From: Candidatus Cloacimonadota bacterium
GTDB lineage: Bacteria; Cloacimonadota; Cloacimonadia; JGIOTU-2
DNA length: 64,000 nt
Assembly (NCBI GenBank): GCA_049903315.1
Contig: JBNGBT010000001.1
Span: 64,001-128,000, forward strand
Direction: 5' to 3'
Below the pieces are notes generated by a model. It was given only the letters and a program-made list of their open reading frames with translations. It had not been told where the DNA came from and did not search any database. Below, piece after piece: positions 1 through 9,308 of the stretch; positions within the stretch are counted from its first letter, which is position 1; every line of letters starts with the position of its first letter. The translations under genes and the position numbers were made by a program.

Positions 1-1723
1 AACCCATTGCATCGACCAATGCCTGATTGACAATAAAACTATCCCACCAGAAATGATCTCTCTCACGATCAAAATCTCTTCCTTTTATAAGATCAATATT
101 CATTGTTTTGAGGAAATTATAATCAATTTGCATGAACTGCGTGCTTCTCTGTATGATCTCTCCTTCATTGCTCTCGATACGCGCAGGAAAGCGGTTAAAT
201 GTAGTTCCCGGCTGATTATAGGAAAGAGAGGTGTTTTCTATAAAAGGTAATTCTTGTAGTCTGTCTCGAATCGTTCTCGCGTTCTGATCGATCTTCGGAT
301 CACGAATTGTTACAAAAATGACATTCTCTTTATCAAATCCAAGATCGATTCCTTTTGCATAAGATAGCTGTTTGATCACTACAAGTGTGCACACGATAAG
401 AATGATGGAAATTGCAAACTGGAAAAATATCAGGATTTTCCTTGGATTGAAACCTGCTTTACCCATAGGTGTACTGCTTTTCATCACTTGCAGAGGTGAG
501 AAACCAGCGATAATAAGAGCTGGATAGATACCGGATAATGCTCCCACACAAAGCGCTGCAACAAGAAGCAGCAAAGTGTTATCTAAAGAGAAGATCGAAT
601 GGAAACTCATCACATCCGGGAGCATGGATCTCATAAGGGGAGAGAATATTTCGATAAGGACTATTGAGATCAAAAAAGCGCAAAATGCGATCAGGATTGA
701 TTCGACAATGAATTGAACAACGAGAAGAGATTTCCTTGATCCAACGATCTTTCTGATAGCGATTTCCTTGCTGCGCCGGTTTGCTCGGGCTGTAGAAAGG
801 TTCATATAGTTAATGGATGCAATTACAATGAGAAAGACAGCGATAGAGGCAAAAATGTAAATATTCACAATATCGTTATTTGGATACATTTCCCACGTTA
901 CATTTGAGTGAAGGTGGATCGATTCAAGCGGCTGCAGCGACATCTCTGCAGATCCATTTATTCGGTCATAGGTCTCCTTCATATATGTGGTGAAGAATTC
1001 GGAAAACTTGGCTTCAAGCTTGCTTTTATCAACCTCGGGAGCGAGGAGAAGATAATGATAAGAGTGCCATCCGTACCATGCATTGTTTTCTCCCTGCCTG
1101 AAAGCAAAAGACCAGGGAACCAGCGCTTCATATTTGAAATGTGTTCCTGCTGGATGATCCTTTATAATTGCTGTTACAGTCATCTCATTATTGTTGTTCA
1201 GGAGTACTGTTTTGCCAATAGGATTCTCGTCACCAAAGAACTTTTTAGCAAAACTTTCAATAAGGACTATGGTATTGGGTTCGTTCAACGCATTTTCTGC
1301 ATTTCCGTATATGAATTCATTTTCGAAAACGCCGAAGAAAGTAGAATCAACTGCAAATATCTGGTCGGTTGTGATTGTCTGCCTTTCATAGGATATCGGA
1401 GCAGAATGAGTGTATAATCCATTTACACCGACTGCTCTAGTCTGCTCGATCACTTCAGGATAGATCTCTTTCATTGTCGGACTGGTAGGTCGCGGCGCAT
1501 TACAGTAAGTGTCGATTTTACCGCCCATGTTGTTTGTGATGCACAATCTGTATATATTCTCAGATTGAGTATAGAATGTATCATACGCAAGCTCATTGGT
1601 GATGTAGAGATATATTATGAAGCTGCACGCAAGACCAACCGCAAGACCAAGGATATTAATGAACGTAAAAGATTTCTGACGTGAAATATTTCTGAGTGAA
1701 GTAAGTAGAAAATTTTTAAACAT
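1..1723 (-). CDS. MacB/FtsX-type duplicated ABC permease, partial (runs off left edge; absent from ORF track)
   Basis: Manual translation from ATG 1723: MFKNFLLTSLRNISRQKSFTFINILGLAVGLAC...INYMNLSTARANRRSKEIAIRKIVGS...LGFDKENVIFV; open to position 1. Confidence 0.92.
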   Translation of the reverse strand, partial: MFKNFLLTSLRNISRQKSFTFINILGLAVGLACSFIIYLYITNELAYDTFYTQSENIYRLCITNNMGGKIDTYCNAPRPTSPTMKEIYPEVIEQTRAVGVNGLYTHSAPISYERQTITTDQIFAVDSTFFGVFENEFIYGNAENALNEPNTIVLIESFAKKFFGDENPIGKTVLLNNNNEMTVTAIIKDHPAGTHFKYEALVPWSFAFRQGENNAWYGWHSYHYLLLAPEVDKSKLEAKFSEFFTTYMKETYDRINGSAEMSLQPLESIHLHSNVTWEMYPNNDIVNIYIFASIAVFLIVIASINYMNLSTARANRRSKEIAIRKIVGSRKSLLVVQFIVESILIAFCAFLISIVLIEIFSPLMRSMLPDVMSFHSIFSLDNTLLLLVAALCVGALSGIYPALIIAGFSPLQVMKSSTPMGKAGFNPRKILIFFQFAISIILIVCTLVVIKQLSYAKGIDLGFDKENVIFVTIRDPKIDQNARTIRDRLQELPFIENTSLSYNQPGTTFNRFPARIESNEGEIIQRSTQFMQIDYNFLKTMNIDLIKGRDFDRERDHFWWDSFIVNQALVDAMG

Positions 1724-1731
1724 ATGGTCAT

Positions 1732-4146
1732 CTACTCATATTTTATAGTCTTTATTGGATTTGCAAATGCACTCTTTATGACAGTATAACTGATAGTAAT
1801 GAGGGCAATGCCAAGAGCAAGAGCACCAGCAGCTAAGAATGTCATAATATTGATACTTACTTTATAGGGGAACTCCGCAAGCCATTTGTGTATAATTAGA
1901 TAGCTGAGTGGCCAGGCAATCGCATTTGAAATTATGATGAGCATAAAAAATTCTATCGAAATTTTGTTAACAATATCTGGAATAGACGCTCCCAGTACTT
2001 TACGGATGCCGATTTCTTTTTTACGTTGCTCTGTAGTATAAAATGTGAGTCCAAGCAATCCAAGACATGCAATAAAGATCGCTAACACAGAAAAGGTGGT
2101 TATGACACGGAAAGACCGTTCTTCAGCTCTGTACATCTTTTCAACTCGTTCATCGAGAAAGGAGTAAGTGAAGGGATATTCCGGATAGAATTTGTTCCAG
2201 ACGTCTTTGATCCCTTGAATAGTCACATGCATATTAGAAGGACTAACCCGGAGTGAAATCTCTTCAAACAAATATGGCCAGTACATGAAAAGGAGGGGAG
2301 AAACATCATTGTGGAGAGAATTGAAATGAAAATCTTTGACTACTCCAATGATCTCGGGTTCGAATCTCTTTACTCCATCACTCAGTCCGATCGTATAGGC
2401 ATGCCCAAGTGCTTCTTCCGGACTTGCAAACCCAAGTTTTTTCACCGTTGCTTCGTTGACAATTGTTACAGCTTTATAGTTAGCTCCTTGTAGGTCTGAC
2501 AGTTTTTGTCCTGCAATCAGATCAAGGTCATATAAATCAAGGAAATCAAAATCGATCATTTTTACAGACACCATAAATGAGTTATCCTCGTGTTGTGTGT
2601 CCGGAACGAGATTTGTGCCGAATCCTCTATCGAGTAACGGGACGCCAAGACTTGTAGATGTCTTTAGAACACCCAGCACCGCATTCATTTCATTTTTTAT
2701 TGTTTCAGAGTTTCTCGACATCCTAGTAGGAGTTTTCAGAATAATTGTCTGATCTTTTTCGAATCCCATATCAAATCCGCGCATATAGCGAACCTGCCTA
2801 TTGATAGTCAGCGTGAAGATGATTAAAATAATGGATATAGAGAACTGAAAAAGAACAAGTCCTTTTCTTAATATTTTTGAATTCTTTTTACCCGTGAGCA
2901 TCGCTTCGTTGCCCTTTATCACATACACAGTCTGATAGTAGGTGAGGACAAATGCAGGATATAGTCCCGCAAGTAATCCGATCACCAGTGTGGAGATAAT
3001 GATAGTTAGAAAAATCCAAGTGCTGCTGAATGTGTCGTATAATAGCTGTGTGCCGATCAGTTCAGAGAAAGCGGGTTTGAAGAGTTCAACGAGTACAAAT
3101 GCAAAGCATAGAGCAACACAGGTGAGTACAACCGATTCGCTAAGGAATTGCCGCACCAGCTGCCGCTTCATCGCACCGAATACCTTTCGAACACCGATCT
3201 CTCTGGCACGTTTGACCGCTCGTGCAGTGGTAAGATTCACAAAATTTATACATGCTAGGATCAATATGAAAAGAGAGATTGATCCAAGCACAAGGATGTA
3301 GGTAAGTGAGCTGTTTGGATTGATCTCATCAGAGAAATGTGAATGCAGATGTATGGATGAGAGTAGCTGCAGAATGCCTTTTTGTGTTACTCCTCCAGTG
3401 AGAGGGAGCACTTGAGTAAAAAAAGCATTCATTTTATTTTCAAATTCTTCAACGTCAGTTCCAGAATGCAGCATGACATAGGTATAGGAGCCGAAAGTTG
3501 CGCCCCACTGATCAAGGTAATTCCCTACGGGAGTATCTTCCAAAGTTGCATAGGTTGTAGCCATATCGAAGCTGAAGTGGGAATTCGGAGGAACATTTTC
3601 AATCACCCCCACGACTTCCATATTTAGTGTATTGTTTAGTGTAATAATTTTCCCAATTGGATTTACCTTCCCAAAATATTTCTCTGCCATATCTCGGGTA
3701 AGGACTATTGTATTTTTATCTTTAAGAAATTTTGCAGGATTTCCATTGATCGTATCGTAGGTGAATATATCAAAGAAATCCTCATCTGCAAATACGATTT
3801 CATCTTCATAGAATTTCTTTTCATCATAGGATACAAGATCCTCGGAGGAAAAAAAGATACGTGTTATCTTATCTATTTCCGGAAATTGTTCCCGTACAGT
3901 TGGTGCAACCAACGCAGGTGTTTCTCCCATGTGAAATGTACCATTGGGTGTAACTGTCTCCACTGAGATTCTATAGATGTTATCTTTATTTGTATGGTAT
4001 TCGTCGTAGTGAAAGTCTTGCCAGATATAGAGTCCCACAAGGATGCAGGCAGCAAGTCCAAGAGCAAGACCCAATATGTTAATCAATGAATATGCCTTTT
4101 GTTTGATAATATTTCGATAAGCGATTTTAAGATAATTTTTAAACAT
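1732..4146 (-). CDS. MacB/FtsX-type duplicated ABC permease
   Basis: Start reassigned to MFKNYLKIAYRN at 4146 (TAGGAG upstream); INFVNLTTARAVKRAREIGVRK and RKKEIGIRKVLGAS motifs; ends IKYE. Confidence 0.93.
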   Translation of the reverse strand: MFKNYLKIAYRNIIKQKAYSLINILGLALGLAACILVGLYIWQDFHYDEYHTNKDNIYRISVETVTPNGTFHMGETPALVAPTVREQFPEIDKITRIFFSSEDLVSYDEKKFYEDEIVFADEDFFDIFTYDTINGNPAKFLKDKNTIVLTRDMAEKYFGKVNPIGKIITLNNTLNMEVVGVIENVPPNSHFSFDMATTYATLEDTPVGNYLDQWGATFGSYTYVMLHSGTDVEEFENKMNAFFTQVLPLTGGVTQKGILQLLSSIHLHSHFSDEINPNSSLTYILVLGSISLFILILACINFVNLTTARAVKRAREIGVRKVFGAMKRQLVRQFLSESVVLTCVALCFAFVLVELFKPAFSELIGTQLLYDTFSSTWIFLTIIISTLVIGLLAGLYPAFVLTYYQTVYVIKGNEAMLTGKKNSKILRKGLVLFQFSISIILIIFTLTINRQVRYMRGFDMGFEKDQTIILKTPTRMSRNSETIKNEMNAVLGVLKTSTSLGVPLLDRGFGTNLVPDTQHEDNSFMVSVKMIDFDFLDLYDLDLIAGQKLSDLQGANYKAVTIVNEATVKKLGFASPEEALGHAYTIGLSDGVKRFEPEIIGVVKDFHFNSLHNDVSPLLFMYWPYLFEEISLRVSPSNMHVTIQGIKDVWNKFYPEYPFTYSFLDERVEKMYRAEERSFRVITTFSVLAIFIACLGLLGLTFYTTEQRKKEIGIRKVLGASIPDIVNKISIEFFMLIIISNAIAWPLSYLIIHKWLAEFPYKVSINIMTFLAAGALALGIALITISYTVIKSAFANPIKTIKYE

Positions 4147-4187
4147 GCAAGATGCTCCTATTCGTATTTTATAGAATTTACTGGATT
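4130..4187. repeat. Junction direct repeat A, copy 1
   Basis: 48 bp identical (56/58 extended) to 6484-6541: agataatttttaaacatgcaagatgctcctattcgtattttatagaat. Confidence 0.93.
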
Positions 4188-6500
4188 GGCGTTGGCTGCT
4201 TTGATTGTTTGATAGCTGACTGTGAGAAAAGCGATAAGGCAAGCAGCTAAACCTGCTGCGAGGAATGACAGCACATTTATGTTCACCCGATACGCGAAAT
4301 TCTGCAGCCAATTTTTCATCAAAAACCATGCAGCAGGCCATGCGATCAGGTTGGCAAATAGAACCCATTTGAGAAAATCAGAGGAAAGTAATCCAACTAT
4401 CTGACTGCCAGAAGCACCCAAAACTTTGCGGACACCGATTTCTTTAGTGCGCTGTTCCGCAGTGAAGGATGCCAAGCCGAATAATCCCAGACAGGAAATC
4501 ACAATTGCCAGAATGGAGAAATAATTGAAAACTTTTCCGGTTCGCAATTCTGTTTCGTATAGCTTCTCAAAATCTGCATCCAGAAAATGAAGTTCAAAGG
4601 GATAATCAGGATAATTATTCTGCCAGATTTTTGCTAATTTTGCCTTGACCTGTTCAAAGTTGGAAGAATTCAAGCGTACAATAAAATACGAGTTATAAGG
4701 ACTTTGCCTTATAACCAGTGGTTCCACTTGTGTGCGAATCGATTTATAATTGAAATCCTGCACTATACCAACGATAATGCCCTCATTTCCGTCTTGTGAG
4801 AACTTTGTTCCAACCGGATCTACGATACCGCTGTAAGCAACTGCTGCTTCATTCAATATATAATTGTTTGAATCATCAAAATCTGGTCCAAAACCCCTGC
4901 CCTCCAAAATGTTGAACTTCATCGTTTCCAGGAAATGTTCATCCACTGAAAAAACATTCATCATATATTCTTTGTCAGCCGGTTTGCCATTCCAATCAAA
5001 TCCACCCCAAAGATGAATTGTGTTGGTTGGAATATCGGAAGAGAGTGTCATGTTTTCTATTTCCGGAAGCGATAACATTTGCTGCCTGAATGTATCATAA
5101 TTCTGTTTGAAGCCACTGACAGTTCTCATATAAACAAGATTATCTTTATCGAATCCAAGGTTTTTCTGCTGAATGAATTTTAATTGGTTTGAAACGACCA
5201 ACGTACCGCAGATAAGAATAACTGAAAGAGCAAATTGGACGACAACTAAAATCTTTCTCATCACGGATTTTTGGCGTTCTTGATCATTTTTTATAACTGT
5301 AACAGGGCGAAATGAGGAAAGGTATAAAGAAGGATATAACCCTGCCATAATGCCGGTAATGATTGTCAAAGCAAATATTTGAACGATCAGGTTGAAATTC
5401 CCTGCTTTCAAAAGTGAAATGTTTTTTCCTGTAAGATCGTTGAAATAAGGGAGAACAAGTTCCATCAATAGTAGTGCAGCCAGCATTCCCATGAAGGCGA
5501 ACAGGATTGATTCACCCAAAAATTGTGTCATCAGGTTTCCTCGCCCTGCACCGATGACTTTGCGCACGCCCACTTCCCGAGCTCGTTTACTGCTACGCGC
5601 TGTACTCAGGTTCATGAAATTTATGCAGGCGATCAACAGGATGAAAAAAGCAATATAGCGAAAAATATAGACATTGTTATTGATTTCGGAAGTGCTGTTT
5701 GCCATGTCGATATCGAAGCTGGATTTTAAGTGGATATCTTTAACTGCCTGAAGATAATAATTGGCATCAAGTCCCAGTTCTTTGGCAGCGATCAATTGAT
5801 TGATTTTCTCTACAATCAATTTGGGATCGGCATTTTCATTGAGCAGGACGTAGCCGTTGAAATAAAAATTACCCCAATCGAAAGGCGATAGTTGTTCCAT
5901 GGAGATCAGCATGTCAAATTCGAAATGTGTGTTGGAGGGCAGATCTTTGATAATGGCAGCAACTGTGAAGGTTTGGCGGCCATTGTAGAGGTCGATTGTT
6001 TTTCCTATTGGGTCGCCGGAACTGAAATATTTTTTTGCTGTTGTTTCGCTCAGGATGATCTTATCAGTACTGGAAAGCGCATCTTCCACATTGCCGGAAA
6101 TTATTTCGAAATCGAAAAGCCGGAAAAACGACAAATCCGCACATGCAATTTTCTTCTCGTAGAATTTTTTTCCGTCAGCTTCAACCAGAATGTCGTAAGC
6201 CAACGGGCGGTAGCGGCAGGCTGCTTCAATCTCCGGAATCTGGCTTTGCAAGTAGGGAAGCATTTCTCCCGGTGTAACCACAGCTTTGAAGCTTTGTTCT
6301 CCCAGATTGGCAGAAACCACTAACCGATACAAATTATCGATTTTACCGTGAAATTTATCATAGCTCATCTCATCACGCACCCACAGCATAATGAGCATAA
6401 AAACGGTTAATCCTAAAGCCAAACCTAAGATATTGATAAAAGAAAATCCTTTGTGCTTTCGGATATTTCTGAAAGGTATCCTGAGATAATTTTTAAACAT
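4158..6500 (-). CDS. MacB/FtsX-type duplicated ABC permease
   Basis: Start reassigned to MFKNYLRIPFRN at 6500; INFMNLSTARSSKRAREVGVRK; RTKEIGVRKVLGAS; ends IKYE. Confidence 0.93.
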   Translation of the reverse strand: MFKNYLRIPFRNIRKHKGFSFINILGLALGLTVFMLIMLWVRDEMSYDKFHGKIDNLYRLVVSANLGEQSFKAVVTPGEMLPYLQSQIPEIEAACRYRPLAYDILVEADGKKFYEKKIACADLSFFRLFDFEIISGNVEDALSSTDKIILSETTAKKYFSSGDPIGKTIDLYNGRQTFTVAAIIKDLPSNTHFEFDMLISMEQLSPFDWGNFYFNGYVLLNENADPKLIVEKINQLIAAKELGLDANYYLQAVKDIHLKSSFDIDMANSTSEINNNVYIFRYIAFFILLIACINFMNLSTARSSKRAREVGVRKVIGAGRGNLMTQFLGESILFAFMGMLAALLLMELVLPYFNDLTGKNISLLKAGNFNLIVQIFALTIITGIMAGLYPSLYLSSFRPVTVIKNDQERQKSVMRKILVVVQFALSVILICGTLVVSNQLKFIQQKNLGFDKDNLVYMRTVSGFKQNYDTFRQQMLSLPEIENMTLSSDIPTNTIHLWGGFDWNGKPADKEYMMNVFSVDEHFLETMKFNILEGRGFGPDFDDSNNYILNEAAVAYSGIVDPVGTKFSQDGNEGIIVGIVQDFNYKSIRTQVEPLVIRQSPYNSYFIVRLNSSNFEQVKAKLAKIWQNNYPDYPFELHFLDADFEKLYETELRTGKVFNYFSILAIVISCLGLFGLASFTAEQRTKEIGVRKVLGASGSQIVGLLSSDFLKWVLFANLIAWPAAWFLMKNWLQNFAYRVNINVLSFLAAGLAACLIAFLTVSYQTIKAANANPVNSIKYE

Positions 6501-6541
6501 GCAAGATGCTCCTATTCGTATTTTATAGAATCCACTGGATT
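6484..6541. repeat. Junction direct repeat A, copy 2
   Basis: Matches 4130-4187. Confidence 0.93.
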
Positions 6542-8926
6542 TGAATTTGCAGCTTTCAATGCCTGGAAGCTGATGGTTACTGAAGCGATTATAAGGACAA
6601 TAATAGTGGTGAGCATGAAAACGAACCAACTAATCATAATGTGATATGCAAAACTCTGGAGCCAAGATTTCATAATGAAGTATGTAGTCGGCACAGCGAT
6701 GATTATTGATAAGATGATGAGAGAGAAAAAATCTTTGGAAAGTAGCCCTATAATGCTTGGAGAAGTTGCCCCCAGCACTTTTCGTATCCCTATCTCTTTG
6801 GTTCGCTTGAGTGCACTGAATGAAGAAAGAGCAAAGAGACCTAAGCATGCGATGAAAATTGCCAGTCCTGTAAAAATGCCGAATACATTTGCAAACTGAA
6901 TGTCTTTGCGGTATTGATTATCAAAGTGCTCATCAAGGAAAAAGAATTCAAACGGATTACCCGGCAATATTTCTTTCCACATATCCTCAATTATTTCAAC
7001 TGTATTTCGAATATTTGAACCTGTAAGTTTTATAGAAAAGAAACCTTCATTTGCCTGAATAAAAGGAAATGCAAGAGGGATGATGTTTGTCTTCAAAGAC
7101 ATTTGATTAAAATCTTCGATTACTCCTTTTATAAGCAGAGTATCTTCACTAATCATTATCTTTCTTCCAATAATTTGTTCAGGATCGGAATAACCGTATC
7201 TTTTTACTGCAGATCTATTTACGATAGCTTCAGTCCTGTCTTCATGTAAACCGGGAGTAAAATTTGTTCCTGCAACGAGTTCCAGATCGTAGGATGTAAT
7301 GAAATCATGATCTATACCTACGAGATACATTACTTCAGCATCTTCTCGAGATTGGTCTTCACTATAGCTTCCCTGTCCCCAGAAAATTTCGACTCCCGGC
7401 ACATAGCTTGATGATGTAAAAGATATTACGGTCGTCAATGAAGTAATCTCCTGCTTGAAAGTTTCAATAGTTGAAACCCTGACAGAATCATCGGCAAATA
7501 CTTCAGGACCCTTCAGAACGAGTGTTTGTTCGATATCTATGCCCAGGTCTTTACTGCGGAGGTAGGAGAGCTGGGTTATAACAATGATCGTTCCAGAGAT
7601 GAGGATCACAGAAATTGTAAACTGAAAAACCACCAATATTTTTCTGAGAAGATTTCCTCGCGATGTACCGAAAAATGAACCTTTAAGAACTCGTATCGGT
7701 TTGAATGAAGAGAGTACAAAAGCCGGATAAAGCCCCGAGAGAAATGATCCAAGTAGAAAGAATAATGCTATCCATATCCAGAGACCGGAAGAGAATAAAT
7801 AGGATATGGTGATGTTTGTTCCGATTAGTTGCTTGAAAGGAGATAGGAAAGCGGCTACCAGAATAATTGCTATAATGATTGCAATAAGATTTATCAGATA
7901 TGATTCAGACAGAAATTGTTGTACGAGCTCCCTTATACTTGCTCCGGAAACTTTTCGCACACCAACTTCCTTTGCTCGTTCCATAGCTTTGGATGTTGAA
8001 AGATTAATATAATTTACCCAGGCAATGAGTAGGACGAAGAAGGCAATTATTGTTAAAAACCTTACTGCGGTGCCATCTCCGTTTTCTGCCGGTTCAGACT
8101 CTTGAAGAAGGTCGGAATATAGATGTATGCTCGTAAGAGGTTGCAGTGGGAATTCAAATCTGGCATCTCTTTGTTCAAACATTTCTCCGTGTTCGTTCCA
8201 GAGCCACTCGTCAAATTTCTTATCAAATGCCTTATAATCTGTCCCATCTGTAAGGAGCACATAAGTATTATAATCGTACCATCCCCAGGCAGTATCTACG
8301 GCATCTCCCCAGAATTCCCTGATCGTGTCATGGGAAACGAGAATGGTAAATTTGATATGGGAATTATCAGGCACATCGATGCAGACACCGGTTACTTCGA
8401 AATCTATATTCCCGTTCCATGTTATTGTCTTCCCTAAAGGATCTTCATCACCAAAGAATCGTTTAGCAGCCGATTCTGTGATAACTGCTTTATTAGGTCC
8501 TGTAAGTGCGGTTTCCGTGTCGCCCTTGGTCAATGGAAAGGAAAGCATGGTGATAAAAGACGGACCTACGACCTGCATATCTTCTTCACGAAAACTTTTA
8601 TCTCCATAGCTCACGATACCCGAAGTAGGGAATGCGCGGCAGTATTCAAGTACTTCCGGAAAGTTATCTTTCATGGCAGGTCCAACAGCAGGGACTGCTG
8701 CAGCGCACTCTACTTTTAATTCCCCATGATGATAAATATTAAATTGGACGCGATAAATATTCGAATAATTGTCATGAAATTTATCATAACTTTGTTCATA
8801 ACTCACATAGAGCATAATAAGAATGCAGATCGCCATCCCGATCGAGAGACCCAGGATGTTGATCAATGAAAAAATTTTGTTTTTTTTGATATTTCTCAAA
8901 GCAGTTTTTAGATAATATATTAACAT
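6512..8926 (-). CDS. MacB/FtsX-type duplicated ABC permease
   Basis: MLIYYLKTALRN start at 8926 with AGGAG upstream; VNYINLSTSKAMERAKEVGVRK; RTKEIGIRKVLGA; ends IKYE. Confidence 0.92.
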   Translation of the reverse strand: MLIYYLKTALRNIKKNKIFSLINILGLSIGMAICILIMLYVSYEQSYDKFHDNYSNIYRVQFNIYHHGELKVECAAAVPAVGPAMKDNFPEVLEYCRAFPTSGIVSYGDKSFREEDMQVVGPSFITMLSFPLTKGDTETALTGPNKAVITESAAKRFFGDEDPLGKTITWNGNIDFEVTGVCIDVPDNSHIKFTILVSHDTIREFWGDAVDTAWGWYDYNTYVLLTDGTDYKAFDKKFDEWLWNEHGEMFEQRDARFEFPLQPLTSIHLYSDLLQESEPAENGDGTAVRFLTIIAFFVLLIAWVNYINLSTSKAMERAKEVGVRKVSGASIRELVQQFLSESYLINLIAIIIAIILVAAFLSPFKQLIGTNITISYLFSSGLWIWIALFFLLGSFLSGLYPAFVLSSFKPIRVLKGSFFGTSRGNLLRKILVVFQFTISVILISGTIIVITQLSYLRSKDLGIDIEQTLVLKGPEVFADDSVRVSTIETFKQEITSLTTVISFTSSSYVPGVEIFWGQGSYSEDQSREDAEVMYLVGIDHDFITSYDLELVAGTNFTPGLHEDRTEAIVNRSAVKRYGYSDPEQIIGRKIMISEDTLLIKGVIEDFNQMSLKTNIIPLAFPFIQANEGFFSIKLTGSNIRNTVEIIEDMWKEILPGNPFEFFFLDEHFDNQYRKDIQFANVFGIFTGLAIFIACLGLFALSSFSALKRTKEIGIRKVLGATSPSIIGLLSKDFFSLIILSIIIAVPTTYFIMKSWLQSFAYHIMISWFVFMLTTIIVLIIASVTISFQALKAANSNPVDSIKYE

Positions 8927-9113
8927 AATTAAAGCTCCTAACAAGATTGAGTGATCATATCTATCCTTTGTTAATATATCTGGTTATGATAATGCAGTAT
9001 TGCTGAGAAATATTAAGCAGGGAAATATCAACGATACTTTGATAAATAACACTAAAGTCTTTTTTCATGGTTTTTTTTCCAGGATAAATTAGATATCTAA
9101 TGTTTATTATTAA

Positions 9114-9130
9114 TGCATTTTTTGTGCCAA
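9114..9130 (-). promoter_or_regulatory. Sigma-54 -24/-12 promoter (module copy 3)
   Basis: Minus strand TTGGCACAAAAAATGCA = GG-N10-GC. Confidence 0.85.
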
Positions 9131-9193
9131 AAGTGGAAATTTCAGCAAAGCCCTTATTTTATCGTGATTGTGTTTTATACGGGACAATTATAG

Positions 9194-9230
9194 TGTCCGC
9201 TCATGGAACAGTAGTGTACGAGAATGAACA
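9194..9230. promoter_or_regulatory. Tandem enhancer-like boxes TGT-N11-ACA / TGT-N10-ACA (module copy 3)
   Basis: tgtccgctcatggaaca-gtag-tgtacgagaatgaaca; same pattern and spacing as 28449 and 63770. Confidence 0.8.
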
Positions 9231-9308
9231 CTTTTTTGTTTTCATTTTCATAGAATTTAGTTGATTATGTTTATTTATTCTATAATATATTTTTCTTCAG
9301 GTACTCCC

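Noticed and set aside
4147..6629. ORF-track N-terminal extensions (4368, 6629; also 8944, 29232, 47415, 63689)
   Set aside because: Most overlap upstream genes or promoters. Downstream ATGs have an RBS and match the family N-terminus. The shared FYKIRIGASC text just reflects junction repeat A.
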